From a virus, in IMG/VR virus record IMGVR_UViG_3300025732_000023, positions 34,732 to 98,731 of that record: a stretch of 64,000 bases of DNA. One strand, written 5' to 3'. The notes beneath the pieces are model-generated. The model was not told where the DNA came from, did no database searches, and saw nothing but the letters and a program-made list of their open reading frames with translations. How positions within the stretch are numbered: the first letter of the stretch is position 1; each line of letters opens with the position of its first letter. Below, in pieces: positions 17,861-28,561 of this stretch. The position numbers were made by a program, and so were the translations under genes.

Positions 17861-18940
17861 TCACTTTTTAGAAGCTCTTGCAAGAGTCTCTAAATAAGCA
17901 GCCATTACTGGCGAAACAGATTCAGTGATCGTTTCATCAGATGAGACTTCTTCTGAGAGATTCTCAGTTGTGCTTCTTTGAGTACCAGTGTTTGCTGGGA
18001 AATATGATTCCCTCAGAGTTACTAGCTTCTCACGATAGTCTGCTTCACTGTCAAACTCAACATTTTCGGCAAGAGAAGCGAGTTTGTCCTTCTGAGATAG
18101 TGCAAGACCCTCAGCGACATCTGCAAAGATTACATCAGCAACCGACTCGGCTAATCTTCTATTAAGAGCAACATTTCTTTGAATTTGCTCGTTGAGTTTT
18201 TCTTCCATTTCATCAAGTTTATCTACCATGCTCTCGATTACATCATATCTATCTTCAGGGATTGTTACATAATGATCTTCAAAAAGACTCTTCATTCCAA
18301 CGAGGAATGATTCGGTCATTTCGGTCTTAAGACCGTGCTCAACTGCGAGTGCATTCTCTTGGAACCACTCATCAGCAACATACTCAAGATATGCATCGAC
18401 TCTTTCGGTGAGTTCCGACTTAATACCATTGAGTTCTTCTACAAGAGCAACTGCATATGACTCTTGGAGAGACTCCTTGATTTCGGCAACTTTCGACTTA
18501 ATCGCTGCTTCGAAGATGGTGCGTGCTTTCTCTTGGAATTCCTCAGAAAGCTCCTCACCTTCGAGAAGAGCGTTTACATCTTCATCGATGTTAAACTCTT
18601 CTTCTACTTCTTCTTCTTCGGCGGTATCTTCTTCTACTTCTTCACCACCTTCCTCACCTTCGAGGTCGGTCTCTTCCTCTTCGGTTTCTTCTTCAATGAC
18701 TTCATCTTCAATCTCAGTCTCTTCTGCTTTCATTGCTTTTGCATTAACAATGTCTCTTACCTGAGCAAGAGTAGCAGATGGATCTTTGAGCTTAGATGAA
18801 TCGTCATCTGGACGATAATTTTCGGGAGTAGGACCACCTAAATCTTCGTACTCGATGCCAGTTTGTGGCATTGGATCGGCAGGTGCAGCCCCTTTGGTTA
18901 CTACGTTTTCCATTTCTTGTAAATTTCTACCAACGGACAT
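17861..18940 (-). CDS. g22: prohead core scaffold gp22
   Basis: acidic; ELSEEFQEKARTIFEAA, VDAYLEYVADEW; between g21 and g23. Confidence 0.95.
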   Translation of the reverse strand: MSVGRNLQEMENVVTKGAAPADPMPQTGIEYEDLGGPTPENYRPDDDSSKLKDPSATLAQVRDIVNAKAMKAEETEIEDEVIEEETEEEETDLEGEEGGEEVEEDTAEEEEVEEEFNIDEDVNALLEGEELSEEFQEKARTIFEAAIKSKVAEIKESLQESYAVALVEELNGIKSELTERVDAYLEYVADEWFQENALAVEHGLKTEMTESFLVGMKSLFEDHYVTIPEDRYDVIESMVDKLDEMEEKLNEQIQRNVALNRRLAESVADVIFADVAEGLALSQKDKLASLAENVEFDSEADYREKLVTLRESYFPANTGTQRSTTENLSEEVSSDETITESVSPVMAAYLETLARASKK

Positions 18941-18970
18941 TTTTGTTTAGATTCTTAGATAATCTATATT

Positions 18971-18978
18971 TATTTATA
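18971..18978 (-). promoter_or_regulatory. gp55-dependent late promoter TATAAATA (g22-g23)
   Basis: exact T4 late consensus. Confidence 0.85.
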
Positions 18979-18980
18979 AA

Positions 18981-19631
18981 TTAAAGATTTGAAAGAAATT
19001 CGTTGAATAGATTCAACTTATGCTCTTCAAGTCTTCTCTGATCTACAAGAGTGTTAATTCTCTTTTGAGTTTGTTCTGCAAGTCTTTCACGAAGAATTCC
19101 TCCTTCCCAAACCCACTCTTTACCTTCCATAATTCCCTGAACAAAAGCGTCAGGAGCAGAAGGATCGGCAACGATATCAGCAGCAGTTGCTAACATAAAA
19201 TCTTCGCCAACAATTTTATGACCTTCATTAGTCATTTTCAGTGATCCGACACCACGAGAAGAAACGCCTAAGCAAACTCCCTCACCAATAAGTGATTTTG
19301 CAATCTTACCCATTGGAGTTTCTAAAAGTTTTGCCTTACCAATGAAGTTATTACCATCTCTATAAAGTTCACAAATTTTATGTGATACTCTATCAAGATT
19401 TACAGTAGGTCCATCAGGGTGACCGAGTTCACCAAGAGCACGTCCCTTACATACAAAGTTTTCGTTGTAACGATTTACCTCTCTTTCCATGATAGAAAGA
19501 GGGTACATTCTTCCATTACGGTTGACTTGTTCTGCTTGCAGGAAAATACCTTTGATAAAGCACTGCTTATCAGAACCTTTACCTTCGGTAATAAATTCTA
19601 CTTTTTGAATTTCTTCTGTGATGAGTTTCAT
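18981..19631 (-). CDS. g21: prohead protease gp21
   Basis: NRNGRMYP, GELGHP, GVSSRG, DIVADPSAPDA. Confidence 0.97.
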   Translation of the reverse strand: MKLITEEIQKVEFITEGKGSDKQCFIKGIFLQAEQVNRNGRMYPLSIMEREVNRYNENFVCKGRALGELGHPDGPTVNLDRVSHKICELYRDGNNFIGKAKLLETPMGKIAKSLIGEGVCLGVSSRGVGSLKMTNEGHKIVGEDFMLATAADIVADPSAPDAFVQGIMEGKEWVWEGGILRERLAEQTQKRINTLVDQRRLEEHKLNLFNEFLSNL

Positions 19632-19635
19632 TGTT

Positions 19636-19911
19636 TTAGTTTGTGAATCCTACTTTTGCTCCCAAAACAGCAGCATTCGCCGCATATACACAATGTGATG
19701 GTAATTTTTCCAAAAGTTCAGTTTGTAGTCGAGGTAGAGTGAAAGAACCAACAACGGTTCCACCCTGAGTTTCAACTACCGTAACTAGATATTCTGCTGA
19801 TGCAGAAGTATTGACCAAACGAACAACTGTTGCTGAAGTAAAACTTGTTGCTGTTCCAGTTGTAGTTGGAAGTGCTGCTTCTGCCCCAAGAACTTTAATT
19901 CTATTGGCCAT
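19636..19911 (-). CDS. small head-region hypothetical protein
   Basis: tightly packed ORF between g20 and g21. Confidence 0.7.
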   Translation of the reverse strand: MANRIKVLGAEAALPTTTGTATSFTSATVVRLVNTSASAEYLVTVVETQGGTVVGSFTLPRLQTELLEKLPSHCVYAANAAVLGAKVGFTN

Positions 19912-20084
19912 TATTCTTGATCCTCTGTTTCTTCTACTTCAGACTCACCAAACATAGATGATGCTACGTATGGTTTTGCGAGTTCAATTCTCTCTGCTGC
20001 TTTTGAATAAAGAATATCGTGAATTTTGTCACGAACATCCGATGCTGATGCATCAGTTGCAATCAAGTCGATAAGATCTTCCAT
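19911..20084 (-). CDS. small acidic prohead core protein, gp67-like by position (57 aa, not in ORF track)
   Basis: MEDLIDLIATDASASDVRDKIHDILYSKAAERIELAKPYVASSMFGESEVEETEDQE; TAATG coupling. Confidence 0.75.
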   Translation of the reverse strand: MEDLIDLIATDASASDVRDKIHDILYSKAAERIELAKPYVASSMFGESEVEETEDQE

Positions 20085-20109
20085 AAAATTATTTTATTAA
20101 TTATAAATT

Positions 20110-20117
20110 TATTTATA
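20110..20117 (-). promoter_or_regulatory. late promoter TATAAATA
   Basis: exact consensus overlapping the g20 stop. Confidence 0.8.
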
Positions 20118-21819
20118 TCTCAGCCTTTTTAGCGTCTTTCTGCATTTGGGCGTCTGTTACACTTGCTTGTGCATCTAGACCTGGCTCTGTTGGAATCTCG
20201 CCCATTCCCATTGCATCTTGACCCATTCCTGCCATACCATTTCCTTCACCAGGTTGGGGTAATGGAGCACCAGTAATTGGATCAATCATCGAAGGATCTG
20301 GAAGAATTCCTTTTTGAATTTCATCCTCAATCTGCTCATCGATTTCAATAATCTCTACATCAGTTTGACGAAGAATTTTCTTTCTTACATATTCAGTAGA
20401 GAAATATTTTCCAATATAAGGTTCAATCGTCGCAAGTGTACCTAAACGACCATTCAGAAGTTCAGATTCTTTAAGTTCTGCGAATTGATTGTCATATAGA
20501 AAATCATATTGAATATGATCTGACATTACATCCCAGTCTTCTGGACTGACAATATTTTTAAGAATCAATTGAGTCTTCAACATATCATTGAACATTTGAG
20601 CAAATCTTTTTCTCAAACGTCCTACGAACTTAGCAAATTTAAGTTCATCTCTCAGAATTTCTGATGATCTTCCAAGATTAAATCCATCACCACTTCCAGC
20701 AATTCTTGATTCTGGAACTCCAAGTGCTCTATACAGTTTTTTCTGGAAGTATTCAATATCGGCAAGTTCTCCAAGATTTTGCCCACCAGGAAGAGTGGTG
20801 ATTTCAGTTCCTCTACCACCTTCACGGCGAGGTAACCAGAAATCTTCCATCATAGACATAAACTTGCGATCATCACGAACTTCACCAGTTGAAGCATCAT
20901 AGACAAGTTTATTTCTATAACGAGACATAACCTCTTTAAGGTATTGTTCCGCTTTTACCTTTGGAAGATTGCCAACATCAATATAGAAAATTCTTCTTTC
21001 AGGTGCTCTTGACAATCTGTAAATAACAAGAGAGTCCTCAATCATTCTCAGTTGATTGAGTGCTTTGATTGCTTTATGGAGATAAGAGAGAACAGTATTT
21101 TTGTTTCTATCTACAAGACCAGAAGTGCAATATACAACCGAGTCTTTTGCAATCTTTACTGACTTACCAGCACCTGCACCAGAAATCATTCCTGTTGGAT
21201 AATTTGGTGTTGGTGTATATAAGAAATACTCTTCAAATTCTGGACTATGTGGTAGAGAATTTTCGTTATTTTTTAAGTTTACTCTGACGTAAGGATCTTT
21301 ATTATTTTTCTTTTCCTGACGAATATACTTCATTTTCATCGGATCAATGTATCTTAGATCCTGAATTCCTGCCTGAGGATTCTTAAGATCAATGACCTTC
21401 AAATAATAAATTCTTCCATCAATATACCAGTTTCTAAAAATCTCATGGCACTTTCTATCAAAGTCCATGATTTCTTTTAGATATCTAAATTCTTCTCTTA
21501 TTTTCTTTTTGAGTGATTCGCTGGCATTTAGATTGGAAAGTTCAATCTCTACCGGCGAATCATATAGATCACTAACCAATGCTTCATTAACAACATCTTC
21601 AATGGCACCATCACACTCTGGGTGAAGTGCCATTTCTCTATATCTTTTAATTAAATCATGCTCTGTTCGATAGACTCCTTCAATATCAATATATTGACCA
21701 TAAAATCCACTAGCAATATAATTATCAACCCCGTCCTCATTGGTTTGAGGAACGGGGGATACTACCGAAGGAGATTGGTTTTTGTTACTATCAATAGAAA
21801 AACCAAAAAGTTTTGCCAT
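20113..21819 (-). CDS. g20: portal vertex protein gp20
   Basis: RAPERRIFYIDVGNLPK, EDFWLPRREGGRGTEI. Confidence 0.99.
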   Translation of the reverse strand: MAKLFGFSIDSNKNQSPSVVSPVPQTNEDGVDNYIASGFYGQYIDIEGVYRTEHDLIKRYREMALHPECDGAIEDVVNEALVSDLYDSPVEIELSNLNASESLKKKIREEFRYLKEIMDFDRKCHEIFRNWYIDGRIYYLKVIDLKNPQAGIQDLRYIDPMKMKYIRQEKKNNKDPYVRVNLKNNENSLPHSPEFEEYFLYTPTPNYPTGMISGAGAGKSVKIAKDSVVYCTSGLVDRNKNTVLSYLHKAIKALNQLRMIEDSLVIYRLSRAPERRIFYIDVGNLPKVKAEQYLKEVMSRYRNKLVYDASTGEVRDDRKFMSMMEDFWLPRREGGRGTEITTLPGGQNLGELADIEYFQKKLYRALGVPESRIAGSGDGFNLGRSSEILRDELKFAKFVGRLRKRFAQMFNDMLKTQLILKNIVSPEDWDVMSDHIQYDFLYDNQFAELKESELLNGRLGTLATIEPYIGKYFSTEYVRKKILRQTDVEIIEIDEQIEDEIQKGILPDPSMIDPITGAPLPQPGEGNGMAGMGQDAMGMGEIPTEPGLDAQASVTDAQMQKDAKKAEI

Positions 21820-21850
21820 AGTATAATCTTTTGACTCTTTATTCTATTAT

Positions 21851-22441
21851 TTAGTTAATATCTTCACCACCAGCATTTGTGCCAGTTCCTTTAATTGCTT
21901 CCCACCAAAGAACTTGAAGTTCTACGGTAAACTCTTCGATACCCTGAGCATCATATGAAAGTTCAATAGGAGATACCTGAGTTGGGAACAAATCATACAT
22001 TCTATATGATCTGAGTACAGATCCGTCACGATCTAATTGATAAACATAAGCATCAGACTGATAATCTGCTGGGTTGGTTAAACCAGTGTTATCGGACAAT
22101 CTGTTAAATGTATTCATCCACTTTTCAAAAGCGGAACGAATAGAGAAATCAGTGTCGTTGATAACGGTAACAGTCCAAGAATCAAAGGTTCTGTCTCCTG
22201 CAACTTTTAGAATTCTACCTCTAAAAGGAACATCGATTGGGGCAACGTTTGATGCAGGTAAGTTAGCTGCCTTGATCAAGAATCTAGACTTTTCAACTGT
22301 TGTTGTATTTGGAGTAGCAGCATCTGGGAAAGTAAGGACAACCTCAAAGAGGTTAGGGCGAGCACCACCACCCGTTAACTTATTTTTAAAGTCGGTGATC
22401 TTCCTTAGTGGGGGTGGATTAATTTGATTTCTAGCTGGCAT
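21851..22441 (-). CDS. g19: tail tube protein gp19
   Basis: GGARPNLF, VPFRGR..K.AGDRTF..W. Confidence 0.95.
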   Translation of the reverse strand: MPARNQINPPPLRKITDFKNKLTGGGARPNLFEVVLTFPDAATPNTTTVEKSRFLIKAANLPASNVAPIDVPFRGRILKVAGDRTFDSWTVTVINDTDFSIRSAFEKWMNTFNRLSDNTGLTNPADYQSDAYVYQLDRDGSVLRSYRMYDLFPTQVSPIELSYDAQGIEEFTVELQVLWWEAIKGTGTNAGGEDIN

Positions 22442-22462
22442 AGTTCTAAACCTCTAGTTTAA

Positions 22463-24631
22463 TTAAACGGAACCGATTACTTCTTCAAATGCAACACCAG
22501 TTCTGGTGGCAATGAAGGTTAGACCGATGAAGTTAATCGATCTTGCTGGTTTGATGTAAATGTCTGCGATGAATTCATTCGCATCAATGATTTCCCCAGT
22601 GTTGTTTGTCTCATCACAAATAACAACATAATCAAAGATACCTCTCTTGGACTGAACATCGCGTAGGAAAGGTTCAACAATATTTACAAAACTGGTTCTT
22701 GTAATTTCATCGTTGAATTCAAAGAGGAAGTCCTTAGCGGCAAAAGAAATTGCATCTTCCAGATAGATGAAGAGTCTGCGAACGTTGATTCTATCGAACG
22801 CCGATGACTTACCATATCCAGTCTTGTCACCGAAGAGAACAATTCCTGCACCTGGTGAGAAGATTACTGGGTTAATTCTGTTTGAATACAGAATGTCTCT
22901 TTGTCTTCTACCTGGATTATATGCAAGTTTAACTGCATTTAGAATTGCTCCTCTTGAAGTTCCTGCGGGAGAGAACCATGGGAACTGTTGAATATCAGTT
23001 CTTGCACAGCATCCAGCAACATCTCCATTCAGTGGAACATATCTAAACGTATCATTAAATCTGTCATACATGTACTTATAACCACTATCAAAAATTCCAT
23101 AAGTTGTTGAGGTTACTGGTGCATAGAAACTTACGACATTATCTGTAATAGTATCAATATTGTTTACAGTAACTGTTCCAACAGAGGAATCATTCAAGAA
23201 TGCTTGTCTATATGGTGAAATAAATGCAACAGCGTCTTTTCTATATTCTGCAATTGCAACGCAAGCATTTGCCAATGCCTGTGCTTCATCCTTTCTATAA
23301 TTTGCTGATCCCATTAGAATGAAATCAACTTCAATTTCCTCAGTGTTCTCAAACAGTTCAAGACCACTTATAATATCATCTAACCCAGAATATAATGCCC
23401 CTGTTGTTAGTAGATCAGTTTTTCCTTGATAATTTAAACCACCTGCAAGAGTATAGGTATTTGCTCCTGCCCCAGCAAAAATTACGTTTTGTGCAGGTTG
23501 ATCCCATCCAGTATCGTCATTTAGTTCGAACTGTGCGACACCATTTCCACTGAATCCAGTGGTAACAATTCCAACTGGTTCTGATCCACCAAAAACATAT
23601 CTTGAATTAGTTTCAAGATATTTTCTCCAATAAGAAGTACTTCCTACTGAATATTCTGCATCATTTGCTTTCGAAAGAGCAAGATGCTTTTCTAAGATTG
23701 TACCGGCATTACCAGTAATTGCTCCTTTGTCATCAATGACAACAACGTGGATTTCATCGAATCTTCCACCTCTTCCAGAAACAAACGCCGAAGTTCCAGG
23801 TTTATTTGCAATCGAATCCCAATCAATCTTACCTACACTTAGAGTGATTGATTGATTTTCAAACCAATCTTTTTCTCCAGTATACGATCTACTTGTAAAT
23901 GCAGTTCCTACACCATTTGTGTGGATTGCGACTGCTCCAGTTTGTGGAAGTGCGTATATTCCATTCTGTTGATAATCAACATTTACCATACCGCCAGTTG
24001 CGGTTACGACACCCACCAGTTTGGTTGAAATTTCACCAGCACCAACTTCGGTAATAATTCCTTTGAAGTAACCACCAATGAGTGATGTTATACCAATTCC
24101 AGGTAAAACTGTTCCATTAGGAATTGCAACGGTAAATCCATATCCAACTTGAACATTGGATGTAGAAATACCTGTCAGAATTTGATCTGCTTTTCCATCA
24201 ATGATTGCAACCTTAACACCATTCGCCCATGTTCCTGGGTTTTTGGCTACAAAAGTAAAGTTAGGAATAATGTTTAGATCATAACCTAATTGAACATAAT
24301 GCTCTTCACTCTTAATCTTGATGCTGCTACCTGCACCGACAAAAGCATTTTTTAACTGTTGATCATCTGCTCTTACAACTCTCATCAATCCGCCATAAGC
24401 GAGATATGATGACGCAACCATCCAGTGCTCGTAGTGCTTATCAACCGAATATGGTTGTCCAAAAGTTTGATACAGGTCGTTCTCGTTTTCTATTAGTTGA
24501 GGAACACCAACAGGTCCTTTCGCAAAAGGAGCTACAATACCAGCAATTGACCCAGAAACTGGATCAATTCTTCCAATAGTTAAATCAACCTCTCTTACTA
24601 GAATTCCAGGAGATGCTAAATTTAGAGGCAT
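22463..24631 (-). CDS. g18: tail sheath protein gp18
   Basis: SPGILVREVD, PWFSPAG..RG, FDRINVRRLF, KPARSINFI. Confidence 0.97.
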   Translation of the reverse strand: MPLNLASPGILVREVDLTIGRIDPVSGSIAGIVAPFAKGPVGVPQLIENENDLYQTFGQPYSVDKHYEHWMVASSYLAYGGLMRVVRADDQQLKNAFVGAGSSIKIKSEEHYVQLGYDLNIIPNFTFVAKNPGTWANGVKVAIIDGKADQILTGISTSNVQVGYGFTVAIPNGTVLPGIGITSLIGGYFKGIITEVGAGEISTKLVGVVTATGGMVNVDYQQNGIYALPQTGAVAIHTNGVGTAFTSRSYTGEKDWFENQSITLSVGKIDWDSIANKPGTSAFVSGRGGRFDEIHVVVIDDKGAITGNAGTILEKHLALSKANDAEYSVGSTSYWRKYLETNSRYVFGGSEPVGIVTTGFSGNGVAQFELNDDTGWDQPAQNVIFAGAGANTYTLAGGLNYQGKTDLLTTGALYSGLDDIISGLELFENTEEIEVDFILMGSANYRKDEAQALANACVAIAEYRKDAVAFISPYRQAFLNDSSVGTVTVNNIDTITDNVVSFYAPVTSTTYGIFDSGYKYMYDRFNDTFRYVPLNGDVAGCCARTDIQQFPWFSPAGTSRGAILNAVKLAYNPGRRQRDILYSNRINPVIFSPGAGIVLFGDKTGYGKSSAFDRINVRRLFIYLEDAISFAAKDFLFEFNDEITRTSFVNIVEPFLRDVQSKRGIFDYVVICDETNNTGEIIDANEFIADIYIKPARSINFIGLTFIATRTGVAFEEVIGSV

Positions 24632-24711
24632 CTTTATTCTCCATCCAGAATTAATCTAAAAATATTTATTAAAAAGACTACTTTCATTGGGGAAACTGTG
24701 CATGAACACCT

Positions 24712-24969
24712 CTACCAATCAGGATATTCCCAATTTATGTGTTCAATCTTAGATTTTCTCTTTTTTATAATTCTCTTTTTAGTACACTCTTTGCATTCGT
24801 ATGAGTACGCTGATGGAAAAATACCTCTTCCTTTTCTAGTAAGATAAAAGTCATCTATCAGACTTTTAGTCTTTTTGCAGACCCTGCATTGGCGTTCTAA
24901 AAAAAGTAGGTGTTGAGTATTGAGTTGATCATCTATGTCTATATCGAAATCCATTATCGATAGTCCCAC
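24712..24969 (-). CDS. small zinc-finger protein
   Basis: CRVC...FY...CKEC; likely start at 24954. Confidence 0.7.
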   Translation of the reverse strand: MGLSIMDFDIDIDDQLNTQHLLFLERQCRVCKKTKSLIDDFYLTRKGRGIFPSAYSYECKECTKKRIIKKRKSKIEHINWEYPDW

Positions 24970-26639
24970 ATATAAGACCTATCACCATACTCATCCAAAT
25001 TCCAAACTTCTAAATTATTTCCATTTGATGCTGCACTCATCCATCTGTCACCTGTTTTTTCATCAACAAAAATATCTTCATCTAAACCGTCAAGGATAAA
25101 TCCAAATGGTGCCATATCTTGTTCGATTTGATTCTTCTGCTCTTCATAGATTCTCTTGCGGACATCATTATCCGTCATTTCTTTGAAGTAGTCCTGAGCA
25201 ACTAACCAAGAGAATATAACAAGACACATTGCCAAGTCATCATTACAACCTTCTTCTGCTTCGAATGAATTATGCCTCTGTGCAAATGTTGTAAGTTCTG
25301 ATATAATGTCATAATCAACAGTCAGTAACTTATCATCTTCTAATAAAGTTTTTAAGTTAGAGCATCCCAACTTTTTCACAGCGGAAGTCATTCTCACTCC
25401 CAATTGTGACTTCTTTCCACTAAATCCAGATCCCACAATTTGACCTGCACGTCCCCTCATAGCGCACATCAAAACATTATCATACTCAAGATCAAAGTGA
25501 AGGATACTTGCAACTTGATCACCAATATCATTGACCTCAATTAATAACCAAGCATCATTGTATGCTTTTGCAACTTCGTTAATAATGCTAGGAAATAGCA
25601 TTGGTTTAATTTCATTATTTCTGTATTTCGCAACAACTTTATATGGAAACTGGGTAATATCAAAAACAATAAATGCTGAGTAATCGTTACCCATTCCACG
25701 GGCAACGTCAACTGTGATCAGATAATTATTTTCTTCTATTGGATTTTGATAAATGTCTAATCCAGCATTTCTCTTTATTGGATCTTCATATACCAGGTTT
25801 CTTAATTTTGATGGATTGATAAGTGTATTAACAGATCCTAAGAATTCACATTCAAACTCAACTTTGAACTGCTGTTCAGAAGTGTTGGCAATAGTCTGCT
25901 CTTTCCACTTCTCGTCCCTACCAGGAACTTCTGACCAATGAACATCAGTTGGAACATATTCATTCTTATTACGTTCAGCATCGTGCCACATACGGTAGAA
26001 GTGATTCATACCACGTGGCGTTGAAACGATGATTACCTTCGTGCTTTGTCCAGAAGAAATAGTAGGATAAACAGAGGCAAAGAAGTCATCAGCAATGTGA
26101 TTCGGGATGAAAGCGAACTCGTCAAGAAAGATGACATTATAGGATCCGCCTCGGACAGCAGATGAAGAAGTAGAGTTAGATGAAATCTTGGAGCCATTTT
26201 CTAATTCTAAACTACCTTTGTTCCATGATATAATACCTTGTTGCATCCACTTGGGCAAGTTTTCATAAGCAAGTTGCAATCTTCCAAGCAGATCTCTTGC
26301 AGTAGATGCTTTGTTCGCTAGAATAGCTATATTAACATTATCGTTGAAAACGGCATAATGTAACAAATATGAAACACAAGTTGTTGACTTACCCGTCTGA
26401 CGGGGCATCTTACAAATATTGAATCTGTTCTTATGAAAATTTTCGATTAGTTTCTCTTGAAATGGATACATCTCAAAAGGAACTAGACCGTGATCAAGAG
26501 ATACGATTTTAATATAATTTCTTGCAAAATATACTGGATCTTCTTTACATTTTAAGAACTCAATAATTTGTTCTTCTGTAAATTCAATCTGAGTATTTGC
26601 TTTTTTTAAATTTGGATTGCCAAGATAAACTTCACTCAT
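24954..26639 (-). CDS. g17: terminase large subunit gp17
   Basis: PRQTGKST, IFLDEFAF, VSTPRG, DVARG, DDLAM. Confidence 0.98.
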   Translation of the reverse strand: MSEVYLGNPNLKKANTQIEFTEEQIIEFLKCKEDPVYFARNYIKIVSLDHGLVPFEMYPFQEKLIENFHKNRFNICKMPRQTGKSTTCVSYLLHYAVFNDNVNIAILANKASTARDLLGRLQLAYENLPKWMQQGIISWNKGSLELENGSKISSNSTSSSAVRGGSYNVIFLDEFAFIPNHIADDFFASVYPTISSGQSTKVIIVSTPRGMNHFYRMWHDAERNKNEYVPTDVHWSEVPGRDEKWKEQTIANTSEQQFKVEFECEFLGSVNTLINPSKLRNLVYEDPIKRNAGLDIYQNPIEENNYLITVDVARGMGNDYSAFIVFDITQFPYKVVAKYRNNEIKPMLFPSIINEVAKAYNDAWLLIEVNDIGDQVASILHFDLEYDNVLMCAMRGRAGQIVGSGFSGKKSQLGVRMTSAVKKLGCSNLKTLLEDDKLLTVDYDIISELTTFAQRHNSFEAEEGCNDDLAMCLVIFSWLVAQDYFKEMTDNDVRKRIYEEQKNQIEQDMAPFGFILDGLDEDIFVDEKTGDRWMSAASNGNNLEVWNLDEYGDRSYMWDYR

Positions 26640-26652
26640 AATAAAACTCCTT

Positions 26653-28245
26653 TTAATCTTCTACCCAAATCAATGATGCAGAAGCAGCAGTCATATTACT
26701 TGTAGAAGAAACATAGATACTGATAAAATTATTAGGTGGAATATCAATACCCAAATCATTTAGACTTGCATCCAGAGTTGCTCCGTCTGAAATATGAAAT
26801 GCTGCTACTGGTTGATATGTTTGTGTTGCAGTCATTGCAAACAACCCAGCAGTGCTTTGTGTTGCATAAAGTGATGCATTAAATTCATTTGTTGGACTTA
26901 TCCATCTAAAAAAGTTTGTTGTATTTGGATTTACATAAACATATATGATTGCTGGGTCTCCATTAGTATTCACAGAAGCAGTAATTCTTTTTGGAATCAA
27001 GTCTCTGGTATTTACTTTATTCTGGAAAACCAATCTATTCTTAACTGATAGTATATGATACAAAGAACCAGGAGTGTTCATTGAATCAGTTCTTGAACCT
27101 GTTGCAGAGTAAGGCAATCTGGTTTGAACTACATTACCTTCAACTGCACCCATAAATGATGCACCTCTACAAGTTACAACTCCACTTGTAGGAGAACCAA
27201 GATTTGCTGCGACATATCCAAGTTTGAGTGATGGATTATCTAAGTGTGGAGTTGTGTATCTATTGGAATAGTGCTCGTGATGGAAGAAAATCATATCTCC
27301 ATTCAGAGGATTTTCTACCGCATACCTCATCTCACCAGCACCCAACCAACGGAAGTTGATTTGATAGATATTCAGTTTTGATGGGTCTAGTGTAACACCA
27401 GAGTATCCAGTTCCATCAAGTTTATCTAAATTAAAGTCTTCTTGGAATGTCCAATTCTCCGTTTGTGCTACACCTAGTTGTAAATGACTGGAAGTAAATG
27501 TAACTGTTGCGGTGCTGGTTACATTGTTGGTTCCGTTTTGGGCACCAAGAGATGTAGCAAGGAAAGTAATCTTTGTTTGGTCGTATTCTGCGAGATATAA
27601 AGCATTAAAGAGTGCTTGTGCTCTTAGTCCCTGAACGAGTTGTGCAATATTTCCAGCAATAGTTCCAGTACTTAAAGTTACCGCAGTAAATGCAGTCCCA
27701 TTTATAGTCACAGTTACATTACCATCATCAAGTGCAGTAAATGTAAATTGGTGAATGTGTGCCTTACCACCAGTCGCACGAAGAATACCAAACTGGCCAT
27801 TCGTATGAGCATAACCAATTTGAAGAGCATTTTCTTGATTGAAGAATCCTACTCTCTGAGTAAAACCTACTGGGTTATTTGAGAATGATGCGGTAAATCT
27901 ACCAACTACACCTTGTCCTGGACGATACCTAAGAAAGTTATTACTTCTTATAACACCATAAGAGTTTGCATCTGTTCCACAACCAACCTTAAAAGTGTTA
28001 TTTTCGTGAGTTGCAATTCCACTATTACTAAACTTAAAAGTCTCAAAGTTTCTTGGATCTAATCCATAAATCGCATCACCCTGAATTTTGGGTGTGAGGG
28101 GAATTGCTAGATTTTCTCCAAATGCAGACTTGGAACAAGCACTCTCATTTAGAATATTTCCATACTCATCAGCACGGAGATAAACCTCATGAAGTGTTCG
28201 TTCTTGATTTAAATAATCTTGTGTAGACTTATTCCACTGAGCCAT
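26653..28245 (-). CDS. putative virion structural protein
   Basis: 530-aa beta-rich ORF inside the late operon between g16 and g17. Confidence 0.65.
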   Translation of the reverse strand: MAQWNKSTQDYLNQERTLHEVYLRADEYGNILNESACSKSAFGENLAIPLTPKIQGDAIYGLDPRNFETFKFSNSGIATHENNTFKVGCGTDANSYGVIRSNNFLRYRPGQGVVGRFTASFSNNPVGFTQRVGFFNQENALQIGYAHTNGQFGILRATGGKAHIHQFTFTALDDGNVTVTINGTAFTAVTLSTGTIAGNIAQLVQGLRAQALFNALYLAEYDQTKITFLATSLGAQNGTNNVTSTATVTFTSSHLQLGVAQTENWTFQEDFNLDKLDGTGYSGVTLDPSKLNIYQINFRWLGAGEMRYAVENPLNGDMIFFHHEHYSNRYTTPHLDNPSLKLGYVAANLGSPTSGVVTCRGASFMGAVEGNVVQTRLPYSATGSRTDSMNTPGSLYHILSVKNRLVFQNKVNTRDLIPKRITASVNTNGDPAIIYVYVNPNTTNFFRWISPTNEFNASLYATQSTAGLFAMTATQTYQPVAAFHISDGATLDASLNDLGIDIPPNNFISIYVSSTSNMTAASASLIWVED

Positions 28246-28248
28246 GAA

Positions 28249-28560
28249 TCACTCACTCCACGATAATCTTTCTGGACGATACCTTTGTGAACTTTTAATA
28301 TTTAAAGAACCAGATGTTACTGGGTAAATATTGTGAACAATAGCACCTGGATATTCTCCTTGAAGTTGCTCTGCAAGTTCATTTTTGGAAGGCATAGAAC
28401 CTTCTATCTCCATTCTATATATTTTACCTTCCCAAACTACATCTGCGAAGTATGATTCTACGGCAGATTCTGGTTGGGAAGATCCTCCTACATTTAGAGT
28501 TCCGTTGAAATCACCATTAATAGTGATACTTTCTGATAAAAACTTTTTGAAAGATTTCAT
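28249..28560 (-). CDS. hypothetical protein with capsid-targeting-like leader
   Basis: MKSFKKFLSE N-terminus resembles T4 internal-protein CTS MKTYQEFIAE. Confidence 0.7.
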   Translation of the reverse strand: MKSFKKFLSESITINGDFNGTLNVGGSSQPESAVESYFADVVWEGKIYRMEIEGSMPSKNELAEQLQGEYPGAIVHNIYPVTSGSLNIKSSQRYRPERLSWSE

Positions 28561-28561
28561 T

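Noticed and set aside
16353-18799. Several alternative-frame and plus-strand ORFs over g23 and g22
   Set aside because: Shadows of strongly biased core genes
24954-26639. Intein or intron in terminase (also considered for g20, g23, g46, uvsW)
   Set aside because: ORFs are continuous, of normal length, with no splicing motifs
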